Below are positions 37,140-50,311 of a stretch of DNA of 64,000 nucleotides, piece by piece; positions within the stretch are counted from its first letter, which is position 1, and the number at the start of each line of letters is the position of its first letter. The notes below the pieces were generated by a model. That model worked only from the letters and a program-made list of their open reading frames with translations, was not told where the DNA came from and did not search any database. The DNA lies in the NCBI RefSeq assembly GCF_006345805.1, contig NC_043006.1, positions 59,520,001-59,584,000 of the forward strand. Direction: 5' to 3'. This DNA is from Octopus sinensis. Taxonomy: Eukaryota. The position numbers and the translations under genes are program-made.

Positions 37140-37370
37140 GTGTGTGTGTGTGTGTGTGTGTGCGTGTGTATGTATATATGTTAATTTGTGTATAAATATG
37201 TATACAGAGAGAGGGAGGAGAGGGATAATATGAAAGAGAGAGGGGAGAGAGAAAAAGAAACCATATGCCGTTTGTTTAATAAATATATTTTTCTCGGGAA
37301 AATTTATTATCCATTGGTACGTTCTTACATAATGAGTATTTATGTACACACACACACACAACACTCACAC

Positions 37371-37430
<60 letters not shown>

Positions 37431-37662
37431 ATATGTGTCTGGGTGTATGTACGTGTATCTATTTTATGTATATATATCGGTTAACCAAAAACCGAAATGG
37501 AATGAAAAAAATCTACAGAAGACTTGTATTACATGGTTAAAGAATATATTTAATTCGTCATGCTAGAAAAATGTTAGAGAAACGTTCTAACATGACGAAT
37601 TAAATATATTCTTTAACCATATAACACAAGCCGTCTGTAGTCTTTTGACGGTCTTTTTATTT

Positions 37663-37727
<65 letters not shown>

Positions 37728-37884
37728 TGCATGCGTGTAAGTGTACACACATACTACATATATATATATATGTGCTATTTTTGTGCTGAGTTTGATCTGA
37801 GAACATAATCTTTTGTGGAGAATGGCGATTTGACGTCTATATCTAGCATGTTGACTGTCCACTTTTCGTGTTCAGTCCTTAATT

Positions 37885-37924
<40 letters not shown>

Positions 37925-38595
37925 CAATTGGTCTTATGGATAGTATTTGTTCCCTTCTTCGCTTTGGGGTCCATCGCAATGGTTATCCGTAAAAAATTAT
38001 CCAATGTACGTATAAATCGGGAAAGCTTATCGGAACGATATGACAGCGATACGATGTAGTGACATTCATACGTTTCCCTCCAAAAATACCTCTAATAATA
38101 AAACTCTGATAGCAGCAACTAGATGCTTGAGAGAGAACAACGAAATCGATTGCAGGAAATATTTTCAGTGAATTGCAAAAGAAGCACTGGCTACAAATAT
38201 GCAAACACACACGCACAGACACACACATACACAAACACACTCACACACACACACACATACACAGCTGCATACGTTCACATTCACGCTTACAAACTCACCA
38301 CATCTGCGCACATGTACGTACGTATAATTAACATAATTCAGACATACAAAACATACGCACGTGCACCCGCATTCAAAAGGCGCGCGCACACACGCATACA
38401 CACACACGCACACACAGACACGCACACACAGACACACACACACAGACACACACACACAGACACATGTATATCTGTATGTTTGCATAAGGAGGCAGGAACA
38501 TTCATACACACATACATACATACATACATACATATAAACACATACACACTCAAAAGAAATTATAGACTGAACATGTAACATTATCTGAATACATT

Positions 38596-38638
<43 letters not shown>

Positions 38639-39326
38639 CTGTCTGTTTCTCTCTGTCACTCTCTATCAGTCTGTTTGTCTCTCTCTCTCTCTCTCTTTCA
38701 TCCTCTCCCACGTTACGTAAGGCGGAAGATGGAATGTGTGTATAGCTGTGTGATTGCGTGTGTGTGTGTATGTGTGAGAGTGTGCGTGCGTGCGTGCGTG
38801 GTGCGTGCGTGCGTGCGTGCGGGGAGTTTTGTGCGCGTGTGTATGTGTGCGTGTCAGAATATACGGGAGGGAGAGGAATATATACGGGAGGGAGAGGAAT
38901 ACACGGGAGAGTATATTTCGTCGTGTTCTAGATTTCAACAAATTATTATAGACGTGTGTTACTAACCACGTCGTTCCAAATTCGTTTCTACGATAAGACA
39001 CGGTGAGATTACTATTCCTAAAGCGGATTTTTCGAATAGCTGTCCTTCCTTCAAACCCCTAATAACTAAATGAATACATAAGGTATATTTCTCTTTTTGT
39101 GTGTGTGTGTGTGTGTGTGGCTGGGGTATTTCATTTTTTTGTCCTATTCTTGATTCATATATGAGAAATTATACGATTACCTTTAACTAGTTTCAGTCAT
39201 TGGATTGCGGTCATGATGGGGGGGGGGGATCACCGCCTTGAAAGGTTAATTCCAATAAATCGACCACATTACTTGTTTTTAAACCCGTTGCTTATTCTAT
39301 CGTTCTTTTCGCCACAGCACTAGGTT

Positions 39327-39359
<33 letters not shown>

Positions 39360-39494
39360 ACACACATATAGATAGATACATACATACATACATACATACA
39401 TACATACATACATACATAGAGAGAGAGTGATAAATAGATAGATAGATAGATAGATTGATAGATAGATATACATATTCCATATATATACATATTC

Positions 39495-39531
<37 letters not shown>

Positions 39532-39651
39532 TGATGAGAGATAGAGAGAGAGAGAGAGAGAGAGCGTCCAATAATACTATATTTGTTCCACGTCCTCGCG
39601 TTGTGTTTTCTCTTTGTTTTCTTGTTTGGATTAACTTTATACATACATACA

Positions 39652-39698
39652 AAAACTGTCTGATGAACGGCAACGAGAAACTCAGAGTAACAGATTTT
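39652..39698 (+). ncRNA. Minimal type I hammerhead ribozyme motif (family A, second copy)
   Basis: Identical core to 37029-37075. Confidence 0.7.
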
Positions 39699-39863
39699 GT
39701 TGAATTTTCTGCTGCTTTAATAAAGTGTATATATATTATATTATATATATATATAATACATACATGGATACACACACCAAACACAGATTATATATATATA
39801 TTATATATAATATATATATATAGAGAAGAGAGAGAGAGAGAGGGGGGGGATAGATATACATTC

Positions 39864-39947
<84 letters not shown>

Positions 39948-40471
39948 CATACACAAAGCTTACACACACACACATACATCGTCAACCAATCCACTCAAAA
40001 GGCTTTGGTCAACCTGGGGCTATAGGTGAAGGCACTAAAGATGCCATGCTGTGGGATTGAACCCAAACCATGTGATTGGGAAGCAAATTTCTTACCACAC
40101 AGTTATGCAAATATTTTCAATCATTTTTTGTCTTTTTTAAACATTTCCTTAAACATTTCCTTTATTATGCGGTATGGGACTTCGTAGGAGAAGCTCTTTA
40201 TAAAACATCTATGCATTTACTGTCGATTTCGATGTATTACTCGATCACGTAAACCACGAGCATGTTAAATGAGCGCGTTAGTGGCTAGGTATTCCTGAAA
40301 CACGTGTACTTTTAATGCAATTCTCTGTTCAAGTAAGCGTGACATAGCATGTCAGAAGGCCAGACAGAGCTTTGAATTAGAGCTTGAATCAGCGCAAAAA
40401 GCTTGCAGTGTCACTTTCTGTTTATCTACATTTAATCCATAACATCAAATTCATTCTCAGCAACTTGGCAA

Positions 40472-40533
<62 letters not shown>

Positions 40534-40689
40534 TCTGTCCTTGTGGAACTATCCCAATCTATGGAAATACTCTACTGTTTGTTTCCAAAAAGGGACACCT
40601 TCGTGCATTTCATCCCCAAGCAAAACATTTCCTCTCTCATCGTCAACTGTCTAACTATCGCTCTCATTACTAACACTTCCAAACTACTT

Positions 40690-41000
40690 GAGAAAGAGAA
40701 TTATTAACGACCACATTCTCCGATTACTTCGATCCCTCTGTTTCTTTAATGACCAGCGCTGAGCCTTTCACAAAATTAGATCTAGTGGGGGTAGTGTCCT
40801 ACTTCCCTGTCTCCCCATGCAAATGTGCCATCTTATCCTCGAGAAATTTAATGGAAACATTGCGCTGTACTTGATATCATCAAAGTATTCAAGTATGTTT
40901 GTCATGCAAATCTATTCGCTAAACTGTCTACCGCGGTTCCATCCGTCTTTCGCTTTTCGGATCGTAGGTGTGTGCAGATGAATCGATCTCCTACAGGAGC
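40690..41000 (+). pseudogene. CR1/L2-group LINE RT fragment
   Basis: Degenerate frames read INDHILRLL...NDQRxAF and LDIIKVFKYVCHANLFAKL (LDxxKAFDxVxH motif). Confidence 0.5.
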
Positions 41001-41310
41001 ACACTCTCAAGCCAGATGTGCCCTGACTTTTTTCCCCAAAACATTTCCCCTAAAACATTAATGACCCATTTTTCATTGCCTCTAACAACGCCTACTCCTA
41101 TCCATACGCTGCCACTTTCATTTTCAGTCATAACGTTGTGTGCCATAGACTCATCTTTATGTAATCTTGATACTTCCTGCTAAATTTTAAAGTATAGTGT
41201 CACAATTACTCCACCTACCAAAAGCAACACTGAATCCTTACACACACACACACACACACACACACACGCGGTACTACTTAAGAAGAGTGGTCCCGGCGCG
41301 CGCACTCGCG

Positions 41311-41529
41311 CATCCGCGCTAGCTAGTCGTGACTAGTCGATCGTTACTTTGTGTCTTTGTTTTATTTTGTTTTAAAAAAATTATTTACTTTGTATTTTTG
41401 TGTTTTATTTACGTACTTTGTTTTAAAAAAAATTATTTACTTTCTGTAAAAAAAAATTATTTTGTGTTTTATTTACTTTGATAGGTAGTCGTTGTAGGAT
41501 CGACTAGTCACGACTAGCTAGCGCGGATG
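41311..41529. repeat. 32-bp perfect inverted repeat around an AT-rich core (MITE-like or fold-back)
   Basis: CATCCGCGCTAGCTAGTCGTGACTAGTCGATC (41311-41342) and its exact reverse complement (41498-41529). Confidence 0.85.
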
Positions 41530-41639
41530 ACAGTCACTATAAATGCTAGCATTACCATTGTTAAGGAACTCTCCTGGAGATCTCAACCTCAAGGTAGCGA
41601 AGATCTAACCATAAAGGTTAGCTTCCCTTCTCTGAGCCA

Positions 41640-42000
41640 GAAAGTACTTCATCCCCCAAACAACCACCATTATCTCTCTACAGCAGTCTGTTGAGACCCA
41701 CATTTGAGACAGTGCTGCTACACTATGGAGAGAGATGATATACTGCATCCAAGGATGCTACACTGCAACTATTCGATTGGTTGGGCATCATGTCACTCAT
41801 CAAAACACTTCAACTTCTGTTTGTTGTCTTCAGCAACTACGACAGAAACTTCGCCCCTCAGAGCTGGCAGATCACGTGTCAACTCTACTCATGCGTTGCG
41901 ACTCACTCGCCTCTCCTCCCTAGCCATTCATGTTGCATTCATTCGAGCAGGCACCGTCCTGGCCACTAAAGCTCGTTGTTCTTCCTTAAAACATAGTCCC
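41640..42000 (+). pseudogene. Probable RTE-type LINE 3' fragment
   Basis: Degenerate ETVLLHYGE, GCYTATIR and LRQKLR...LADHVS motifs. Confidence 0.45.
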
Positions 42001-42266
42001 TCAAGGATTCTTTTCCGTTCCGTAATCATTTGCCGGCAAACATTAATTTACAACTGTAAAAGAGGGTCATTAATCGCATCCACTTCACCGATATATATAT
42101 ATACATACACACACATACATACATACACACACACATACATATACCCACACACATACACGCGTACTCACACACTTTCAGATACTTATGTATGTACGTCTGT
42201 GTGCGTGGACATTTATATATATATATATGTATGTGTGTGTTTGTTCGAAAAATTTTATCCTACATT

Positions 42267-42312
<46 letters not shown>

Positions 42313-42435
42313 ATATATATATATATATTATATATATATATATATATATATGTAGTATGTATATATATATATGTATACATATATGTATGTTATATATATG
42401 TATATACATATATTATGTATATATAATAATATATA

Positions 42436-42495
<60 letters not shown>

Positions 42496-42669
42496 CTGTG
42501 TGTGTGTGTGTGTGTATAAGAAAATGGATAAAACAACAATGGGAAACTCGTGGTTTACGCTGGCATGTCTTTAATTAGATAGGTAATAAAGAAGGAAGAA
42601 GCAGAGATAATTATCATTTAGAAGTATTAAACCCCTCTACCTTGATACCTACACAACTATATATATATA

Positions 42670-43020
42670 TATATGGTTCCGAGTTCAGTCCCACTGCGTG
42701 GCACCTTGGGCAAGTGTCTTCTACATAGTCTCGTGACTGGATTTCGTAGACGGAAACTGAAAGAAGCTCGTGGTATATATACATGTATATATATTTATTT
42801 GTGTGTGTGTCTTTGTGTCTGTGTTTGTCCCCCCTTCCATCGCTTGACAACCGATGTTGGTGTATTTACGTCCCTTAGCGGTTCGGCAAATGATCCCGAT
42901 AGAATAAGTACTAGACTTACAAAGAATAAGTCTTGGGGGTCGACTGCTTCAGCTAAAAACCCTTTAGGCAGTGCTCCAGCATGACCGCAGTCAAAATGAC
43001 CGAAACAAGTAAAAGAATAA
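42670..43020 (+). mobile_element. 5'-truncated copy of the 3505-3902 SINE
   Basis: Direct alignment by eye. Confidence 0.8.
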
Positions 43021-43562
43021 AAGAAATATATATATATATATATATATGTAAAGGAGTTTGTATAATTGTGTATAGAAGGATATATATTATTCAAAGAAAT
43101 TCCAACTCTGTTTTTTATTTTTATTTATATTCTTTATAATATTAATGTAATGTAGAATATAGAATATATATAGTATAAATAGTATATATAGTAAAATGAA
43201 ATGAAGTATTGATTGTCTTATTGAATAGATGAAATATTGAATATAAAATATTAAGGGACTAGTATACTTTCTTGCATTAAAACACTCTTCAAGGTCCCAG
43301 GTTGTGACAGGAATGTGTGTATGTATGTATGTATGTATGTATGTATGTATGTATGTATGTATGTACGTATGTATAAATATTTGACTCGTATAATTACCTC
43401 TATAAATATAGATACTCTTTCGATGTTTTATCAAATTGAAATATTCCATACATACATAGACACATACACACGCACACATACATATACATGCATGAATGCA
43501 TACATACATATACATACATATATATACACATACATACATACATACATACATACATACATACA

Positions 43563-43594
<32 letters not shown>

Positions 43595-43880
43595 CATGTA
43601 TGAATACATACATACATACATATTTCGGAGCGGTACTTTCGGTCAAGTAGATTGACCTAATACCATGCGTTGAAGGAAAATGCAATAATATTATCTGTCA
43701 TCGTTTTTGTCATTTATATTCCGGTCTATTCATTCGCATTCATCATATTTCTGGATAGTGTTGCCTATTATGAAATGCAGCCGAACGTTTTGACGGTTCA
43801 CAAACAGGATACGCAATTAAGAGATATAAGAAGCTATGAAAAATATGAAAGGCAGCTTTTGTACGGTCTTAAATAGCTCA

Positions 43881-44069
<189 letters not shown>

Positions 44070-44072
44070 CTA

Positions 44073-44217
44073 GGTCAACTTTGCCTTTCATCCTTTCGGG
44101 GTCGATAAATTAAGTACCAGTTACGCACTGGGGCCGATGTAATCGACTTAATACCTATGTCTGTCCTTGTTTGTCCCCTCTGTGTTTAACCCCTTGTGGG
44201 TAATAAAGAAATAGGTA
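44073..44217 (+). mobile_element. 5'-truncated tail-less Meta-like SINE
   Basis: Same body as the array unit; ends AAAGAAATAGGTA. Confidence 0.85.
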
Positions 44218-44606
44218 GTGGTGGTGGTGGTGGTGGTGATGTGTGTGTGTGTGTAAATTAGCCTCTTTGTAACAGTACACCTTATCTCCTTTACGTAAAC
44301 TAACGTCTTATCTCCTACGTGCAAATTTATTAGTAAAGGCACAGCATCCGCCATAAACAATTCATTAAATAACTTGATTCTCAGATGAGATCTTTGCATT
44401 CGCTTGTGCGTAGTTTTAAATTTGAAATCTTTCCCTTGTCTCGTTTGTTCATCTTGTTGGTATTACATTCACTGCTCTTGATCCGTGTATCAGGTGTGTG
44501 CAAGTACATTTATACATTACATAAAAAAAAGTTACATACATACACACATATACAGACACACACATACACATGCACACACGAATATATTCTGTATACATAT
44601 ATATAT

Positions 44607-44690
<84 letters not shown>

Positions 44691-45005
44691 AAATTATGTA
44701 TATGATTCAGCCGAAATTGCGAGGATGATCCGGTTCTTGACTGAAGATTAAAGGCTTCGAATGACTCGTCCGTTTTTTGTGTCGTCTATTTGAATGTTTT
44801 GCGTTCTTGTCCCATTTTGTATTTTTATATATATTTTTTATACATATATATATATATAAAAGCAATAAAGATTCAAGTTAATTTAAATGAATTTACTTGA
44901 ATATGGTACCTAACTTAGATGCACCAAAAAAAAACTATACTGTTTTAACAATACAGTAATGTGGGGTGATTATAAGCGAGAAAGAAGCAACAAGAATGGA
45001 TAGGT

Positions 45006-45096
45006 TTTTAGTACAATCGTTTCATACAAGGACAGGCTTTATTAAAAGTTGCAAAAATTACAGCATATAAACGTGTCCTGTACTCATCAGCTAAAA
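45006..45096 (-). ncRNA. Type I hammerhead motif with extended stem II (family B, left arm)
   Basis: TTTTAG-CTGATGA-GTACAGGAC...GTCCTTGTAT-GAAAC-GATT-GTA-CTAAAA on the minus strand. Confidence 0.72.
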
Positions 45097-47236
45097 TACA
45101 TGTGAGTTCTCTAGACATCCTAGTGGTTGAGGCTATACTCATGAAGTGATGTAGATAATTAAGTAACATAAACAGATTTCCAAAGTTCATTAAAGTTCTT
45201 TAAAGATGATGTACAGTCTTATCACAGATTTTAAAAAAGTTTTAATAGCATCATCACAGAGAAGGTGACCTAATCCATAGTGCACATATGAATTTCCAGA
45301 GATATGAGGAGGGATTACATACTCACAGACGACAAATTTATCCATTGTTAATCAACGGGGTGGGTCTCAATTCCTGCTTATTAGCATTACAGAGAGGGTG
45401 AATTAATCCTTTGTATAGATGCACAATTTCCAATGGTGTAGATGTAAATTTCCAGAGAAATGAAGAGGAATTTCATATTCACAGGCGATAAATTTATCAA
45501 TGGTTGAACACAATGAGGTAGGTATCAATTCTTGTTATATGATTAGGTATTTGCCACATTAATCACATTACTGCTATTTACAAGAGGCTGTAGCTATTTA
45601 ACTTTTAAAGGCTGAAGGGCTTTCTAGAGAGGCAAAGAACAGAAAAAGGGGAAGGAAGAGAAGAAAAGAGAGAAAATAAAGGAGGAGGGAGCAAAAAGGG
45701 GGGGGACTAAAAGAGAAGAGAAAAGGAAAAAGAGAATAAGAAGAAGAAAAAAAAAGAGAAAAGAGAAAGAAATAGGAAAGAAGGGAAAAAAAGAAAAAGA
45801 AAAAAAGGGTTCTAGTTATACAGAAGAATTAGTAGACGGCAAGTCTGGTTTTAATTTACAGGCATCTAGGAACTAGAGGAGAATATTATTCTTTGACTAG
45901 TAAAACAGCTAATTTATTGCTGTTGAAATCAGCTATGAATTTAAAGAGACTCTAAAGAGGTAACACGGTCAGGGGTTTAGGGGTCAGAGGCTAAAATCAA
46001 AAGAAAATACATTAGGAAAATCTAAGTATAATCTTATCAAAAAGTCATTAAAATTTATTTATTTAATTTTGAAATAGAATTATGGGGCTAATTCTATTTC
46101 AAAATTAAATAAATAAGGCTACTCCCTCGGTGATAATAGGATTATCTTCATTATGATAGACAATTCCCTAACACCTTGTAAATGATCTTCTAAGATTTGA
46201 CCTGTAGTCCGTCAATGTATGAATAATAACGGCAACTCCTTAAGACAATAAAATGAATAAATTAAATAAATAAATTTTAATGACTTTTTGATAAGATTAT
46301 ACTTAGATTTTCCTAATGTATTTTCTTTGATTTTAGCCTTTGACCCCTAAACCCCTGACCGTGTTACCTCTTTAGAGTCTCTTTAAATTCATAGCTGATT
46401 TCAACAGCAATAAATTAGCTGTTTTACTGGTCAAAGAATAATATTCTCCTCTAGTTCCTAGATGCCTGTAAATTAAAACCAGACTTGCCGTCTACTAATT
46501 CTTCTGTATAACTAGAACCCTTTTTTTTCTTTTTCTTTTTTCCCTTCTTTCCCTATTTCTTTCCTTTTCTCTTTTTCTTTTTCTTCTTCTTATTCTCTTT
46601 TTCCTTTTCTCTTCTCTTTTAGTCCCCCTCCCCCCCTTTTTTGCTCCCTCCTCCTTTATTTTCTCTCTTTTCTTCTCTTCCCTTCCCCTTTTTCTGTTCT
46701 TTGCCTCTCTAGAAAGCCCTTCAGCCTTTAAAAGTTAAATAGCTACAGCCTCTTGTAAATAGCAGTAATGTGATTAATGTGGCAAATACCTAATCATATA
46801 ACAAGAATTGATACCTACCTCATTGTGTTCAACCATTGATAAATTTATCGCCTGTGAATATGAAATTCCTCTTCATTTCTCTGGAAATTTACATCTACAC
46901 CATTGGAAATTGTGCATCTATACAAAGGATTAATTCACCCTCTCTGTAATGCTAATAAGCAGGAATTGAGACCCACCTCGTTGTGATTAACAATGGATAA
47001 ATTTGTCGTCTGTGAGTATGTAATCCCTCCTCATATCTCTGGAATTCATATGTGCACTATGGATTAGGTCACCGTCTCTGTGATGCTATTAAAACTTTTT
47101 TAAATTCTGTGATAAGACTGTACATCATCTTTAAAGAACTTAATGAACTTTGGAAATCTGTTTATGTTACTTAATTATCTACATCACTTCATGAGTATAG
47201 CCTCAACCACTAGGATGTATAGAGAACTCACATGTA

Positions 47237-47327
47237 TTTTAGCTGATGAGTACGGGACACGTTTATATGCTGTAATTTTTGCAACTTTTAATAAAGCCTG
47301 TCCTTGTATGAAACGATTGTACTAAAA
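47237..47327 (+). ncRNA. Type I hammerhead motif with extended stem II (family B, right arm)
   Basis: Stem I TTTTAG/CTAAAA, core CTGATGA at 47243, stem II GTACGGGAC/GTCCTTGTAT, GAAA at 47310, stem III AC-GATT-GT, GUA site at 47319-47321. Confidence 0.72.
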
Positions 47328-47366
47328 ACCTATCCATTCTTGTTGCTTCTTTCTCGCGTATATATA

Positions 47367-47402
<36 letters not shown>

Positions 47403-48222
47403 TGTGTGTGTGTGTACACACATAGAGAGAGAGAGAGAGAGAAAGAGAGAAAGTGACAGAATTAATATAGACAGCAGTGTGCAATGTGTTACCAAAAGCG
47501 AAGACTCTAATTGTCACTAAATATTACTAAGGTGTTAGAAGCACCTACATTGCTAGAAATAAGAGCTAAAGCTGTAGTCAAAGCACACACACACACACAC
47601 ACACACACACAGATATGTGTGCGCGCGCGTGTGTGTGTGTATGTGTGTGGAGGGGTGGGGGTGTAGTTGAAATTTACAGAAAAAAACAAAAGACGAAGAC
47701 GGGTGAATGAGCAACAAGCAGATGCATTAGTTTGACGCTCGGGATGAAGGAAACGGGAAATAGATTTAGCCCCAGGCTTTATTATGTACGACGATCGCTT
47801 CGACCCATCCTGCAACTGTCCGTTAAGGGTAGAATATTGTGCAGCTAATTGTGCTGCATCAGTCTGGGCATTTTATGTCACATCAGGTACATGCACAAAC
47901 TAGGGGATGCCCCCACAAAATATACTGAGTTCTTCTAGCCATGTTGTCTTGACCGCTGTGTTCTGGTTATGATGGCTAATGGGGCTAGCTACATTATACA
48001 TATCTTATACACATACACATATTTATATGCATGCATATATGTATGTGAACATATACGTGCATGTGTTTGTGTGTGTGTATATGTGTGTATCTTAAATGGT
48101 ATTGTGGTTTTGTGGCTCAACATGTTGCGAAGCAATGGTATATATGTGTGGGCATGTCGGGGTTTGTGTGTGTGTACGTATGTATATATACATACACACA
48201 CACATATATATATGTGTGTATG

Positions 48223-48293
<71 letters not shown>

Positions 48294-48565
48294 ATAATAC
48301 ATTCCTAAATCTCTCAGAGACATTTATACAGTAGTAACACGATAAGGTGGTGGTATGTTGTCAACTTAATGTGACAGCCGCATGAAAGCTGAGAACAGTA
48401 CTGCTATTTAGCCCTGGGAAGCACCGCTTCCTGTCGGCCTTGACACATTTCTTGTGTTCTTGTGTTTACAAAAGGGGAGATAAGCACCTCCACATCTCAG
48501 TGTTTCAAATGTCGGAGCTAAAAGACATCCTCATTAGTTATTAAGACAAAAACGTCATAGCGTTT

Positions 48566-48630
48566 TTGTCTTAACTGATGAGGATGTCTCTTAGCCCCGG
48601 CATCTGAAACTCTGAGTATTATTATGACAA
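48566..48630 (+). ncRNA. Type I hammerhead motif (family C)
   Basis: Core CTGATGA at 48575; 7-bp stem II GGATGTC/GGCATCT; GAAA at 48606; stem III ACTC-T-GAGT; GUA site; bulged stem I TTGTCTTAA / TTA..TGACAA. Confidence 0.75.
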
Positions 48631-48791
48631 CTAACTGATTTTCCAATATTATATATTTATAGATAAATTCCTCTATTTACATAATATAGAGGTTCCATTC
48701 ATTCTTTTGTTGTCATATTAATATTATCATTAAAAAACTCTCCGTCGGAAGGAAATCCTCCTTCTTGACTTTTACGAATACACATATTTTT

Positions 48792-48848
<57 letters not shown>

Positions 48849-48914
48849 GAATGCACTCTAAGTGTGTGTTGCGTGTGGTGTGTCTGGTGTGTGTGTGTGT
48901 GAGAGAGAGAGAGA

Positions 48915-49234
48915 ACTGCAAAAAGAAAAACACTGTATACCCGATTAAGTGCGATGAAGAGACTTGCGCGATTATCCAAGAGTCATGTGTTGGTGAGACC
49001 TCTTGGAGCATCATTGATAGGTTCAAGGAACACTTGGACAAACAGCTACATTGAAAAATAATAAAACCAAACTCCATCTTCTATCAGCATGCTGTAGACT
49101 GCCTCATTGGCTCCTTAGGCAGATTTAGGTTAGACATCTTATCTCCACATCCTACTGATGCAATGCTGAGACAAGTCACCGAAGCTGTCCGTATACAGGA
49201 ATACAAGCCCACCCTCAACCGTAAACCCGAATAG
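48915..49234 (+). pseudogene. Penelope-like GIY-YIG endonuclease fragment
   Basis: NTVYPIKC...CVGETSWSIIDRFKEH*...FYQH...MLRQVTEAVRIQEYKPTLNRKPE. Confidence 0.8.
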
Positions 49235-49573
49235 GTTAACACCCAGATTCCACTCGGGAGTACCCATCTATAATCCCCCCTTACATGTAGAAATCCATAC
49301 ATACATGTTGGGATGCATGATACTGAAATATATATACGTAGTTATATATAATCGTATGCGTGTACTGAGATTAATATGTATGTACGTATCTGTAGATGTA
49401 GGTGTATTTTAGCGTGTGTGTGTGTGTGTGCATGTGTTGTGTGAGTATATGTGCGCGTATGAGTGTGTACATGCATGCACGTATGAGTATGTGTATATAG
49501 ATATATGTATAATATATATATATCTATATATATATATAGATATGATATATATATATATTATATATATATGTAT

Positions 49574-49642
<69 letters not shown>

Positions 49643-49702
49643 GTATCTATTATATATATTATTATATTATATGTATATAATATATATATATATATATATA
49701 TA

Positions 49703-49767
<65 letters not shown>

Positions 49768-50048
49768 CTGTATGTAGCACGTATATGTTTATGTCTGCAT
49801 GAAAAAATTTTTAATTTTATCCGTTGTCTGCGAAAATAGTGACAGGTGTAGATGGATATGCGTATATAAGTGTATACGTTAAAGATTATACATATATATG
49901 TGAGTGTGTATACGTGTTTATATGATTGTGTGTGCTTGTACGTATGTGTAGGTAGGTTTATATTTGCATGTACGTATCTAAGTCGTTAGATACCCATTCT
50001 CCGTTAGACGGTGGTGAGGACACGTACACACACACGCACACACACACA

Positions 50049-50086
<38 letters not shown>

Positions 50087-50311
50087 AATACAACCTTCGA
50101 CAGAGTAACAGTCATATATACAACTTGAACAGACACATATTTCAGTACATAAACATACGTTCACATGTACACACACCAGACACGTCTACACACATACCAA
50201 AATACTCAGTAAGTACATACTTACATACATGCATGCATACATATATGCGTATAGGCATGCACGCATACACATGTACACATATGCATATACACATACTTAC
50301 ACACACATATA

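Larger units (their letters stand above)
44976..47357. repeat. 2.4-kb inverted duplication (arms about 1.1 kb) of a hammerhead-bearing element
   Basis: 44976-about 46070 is the reverse complement of about 46260-47357; a nested short hairpin is centred at 46083-46088. The mirrored ORFs 45008-45190(-) and 47143-47325(+) confirm it. Confidence 0.95.

Noticed and set aside
45008-47325. Duplicated 60-aa ORF pair (also the 54479/54801 pair)
   Set aside because: These are by-products of the inverted or tandem duplication, with no protein-like features.
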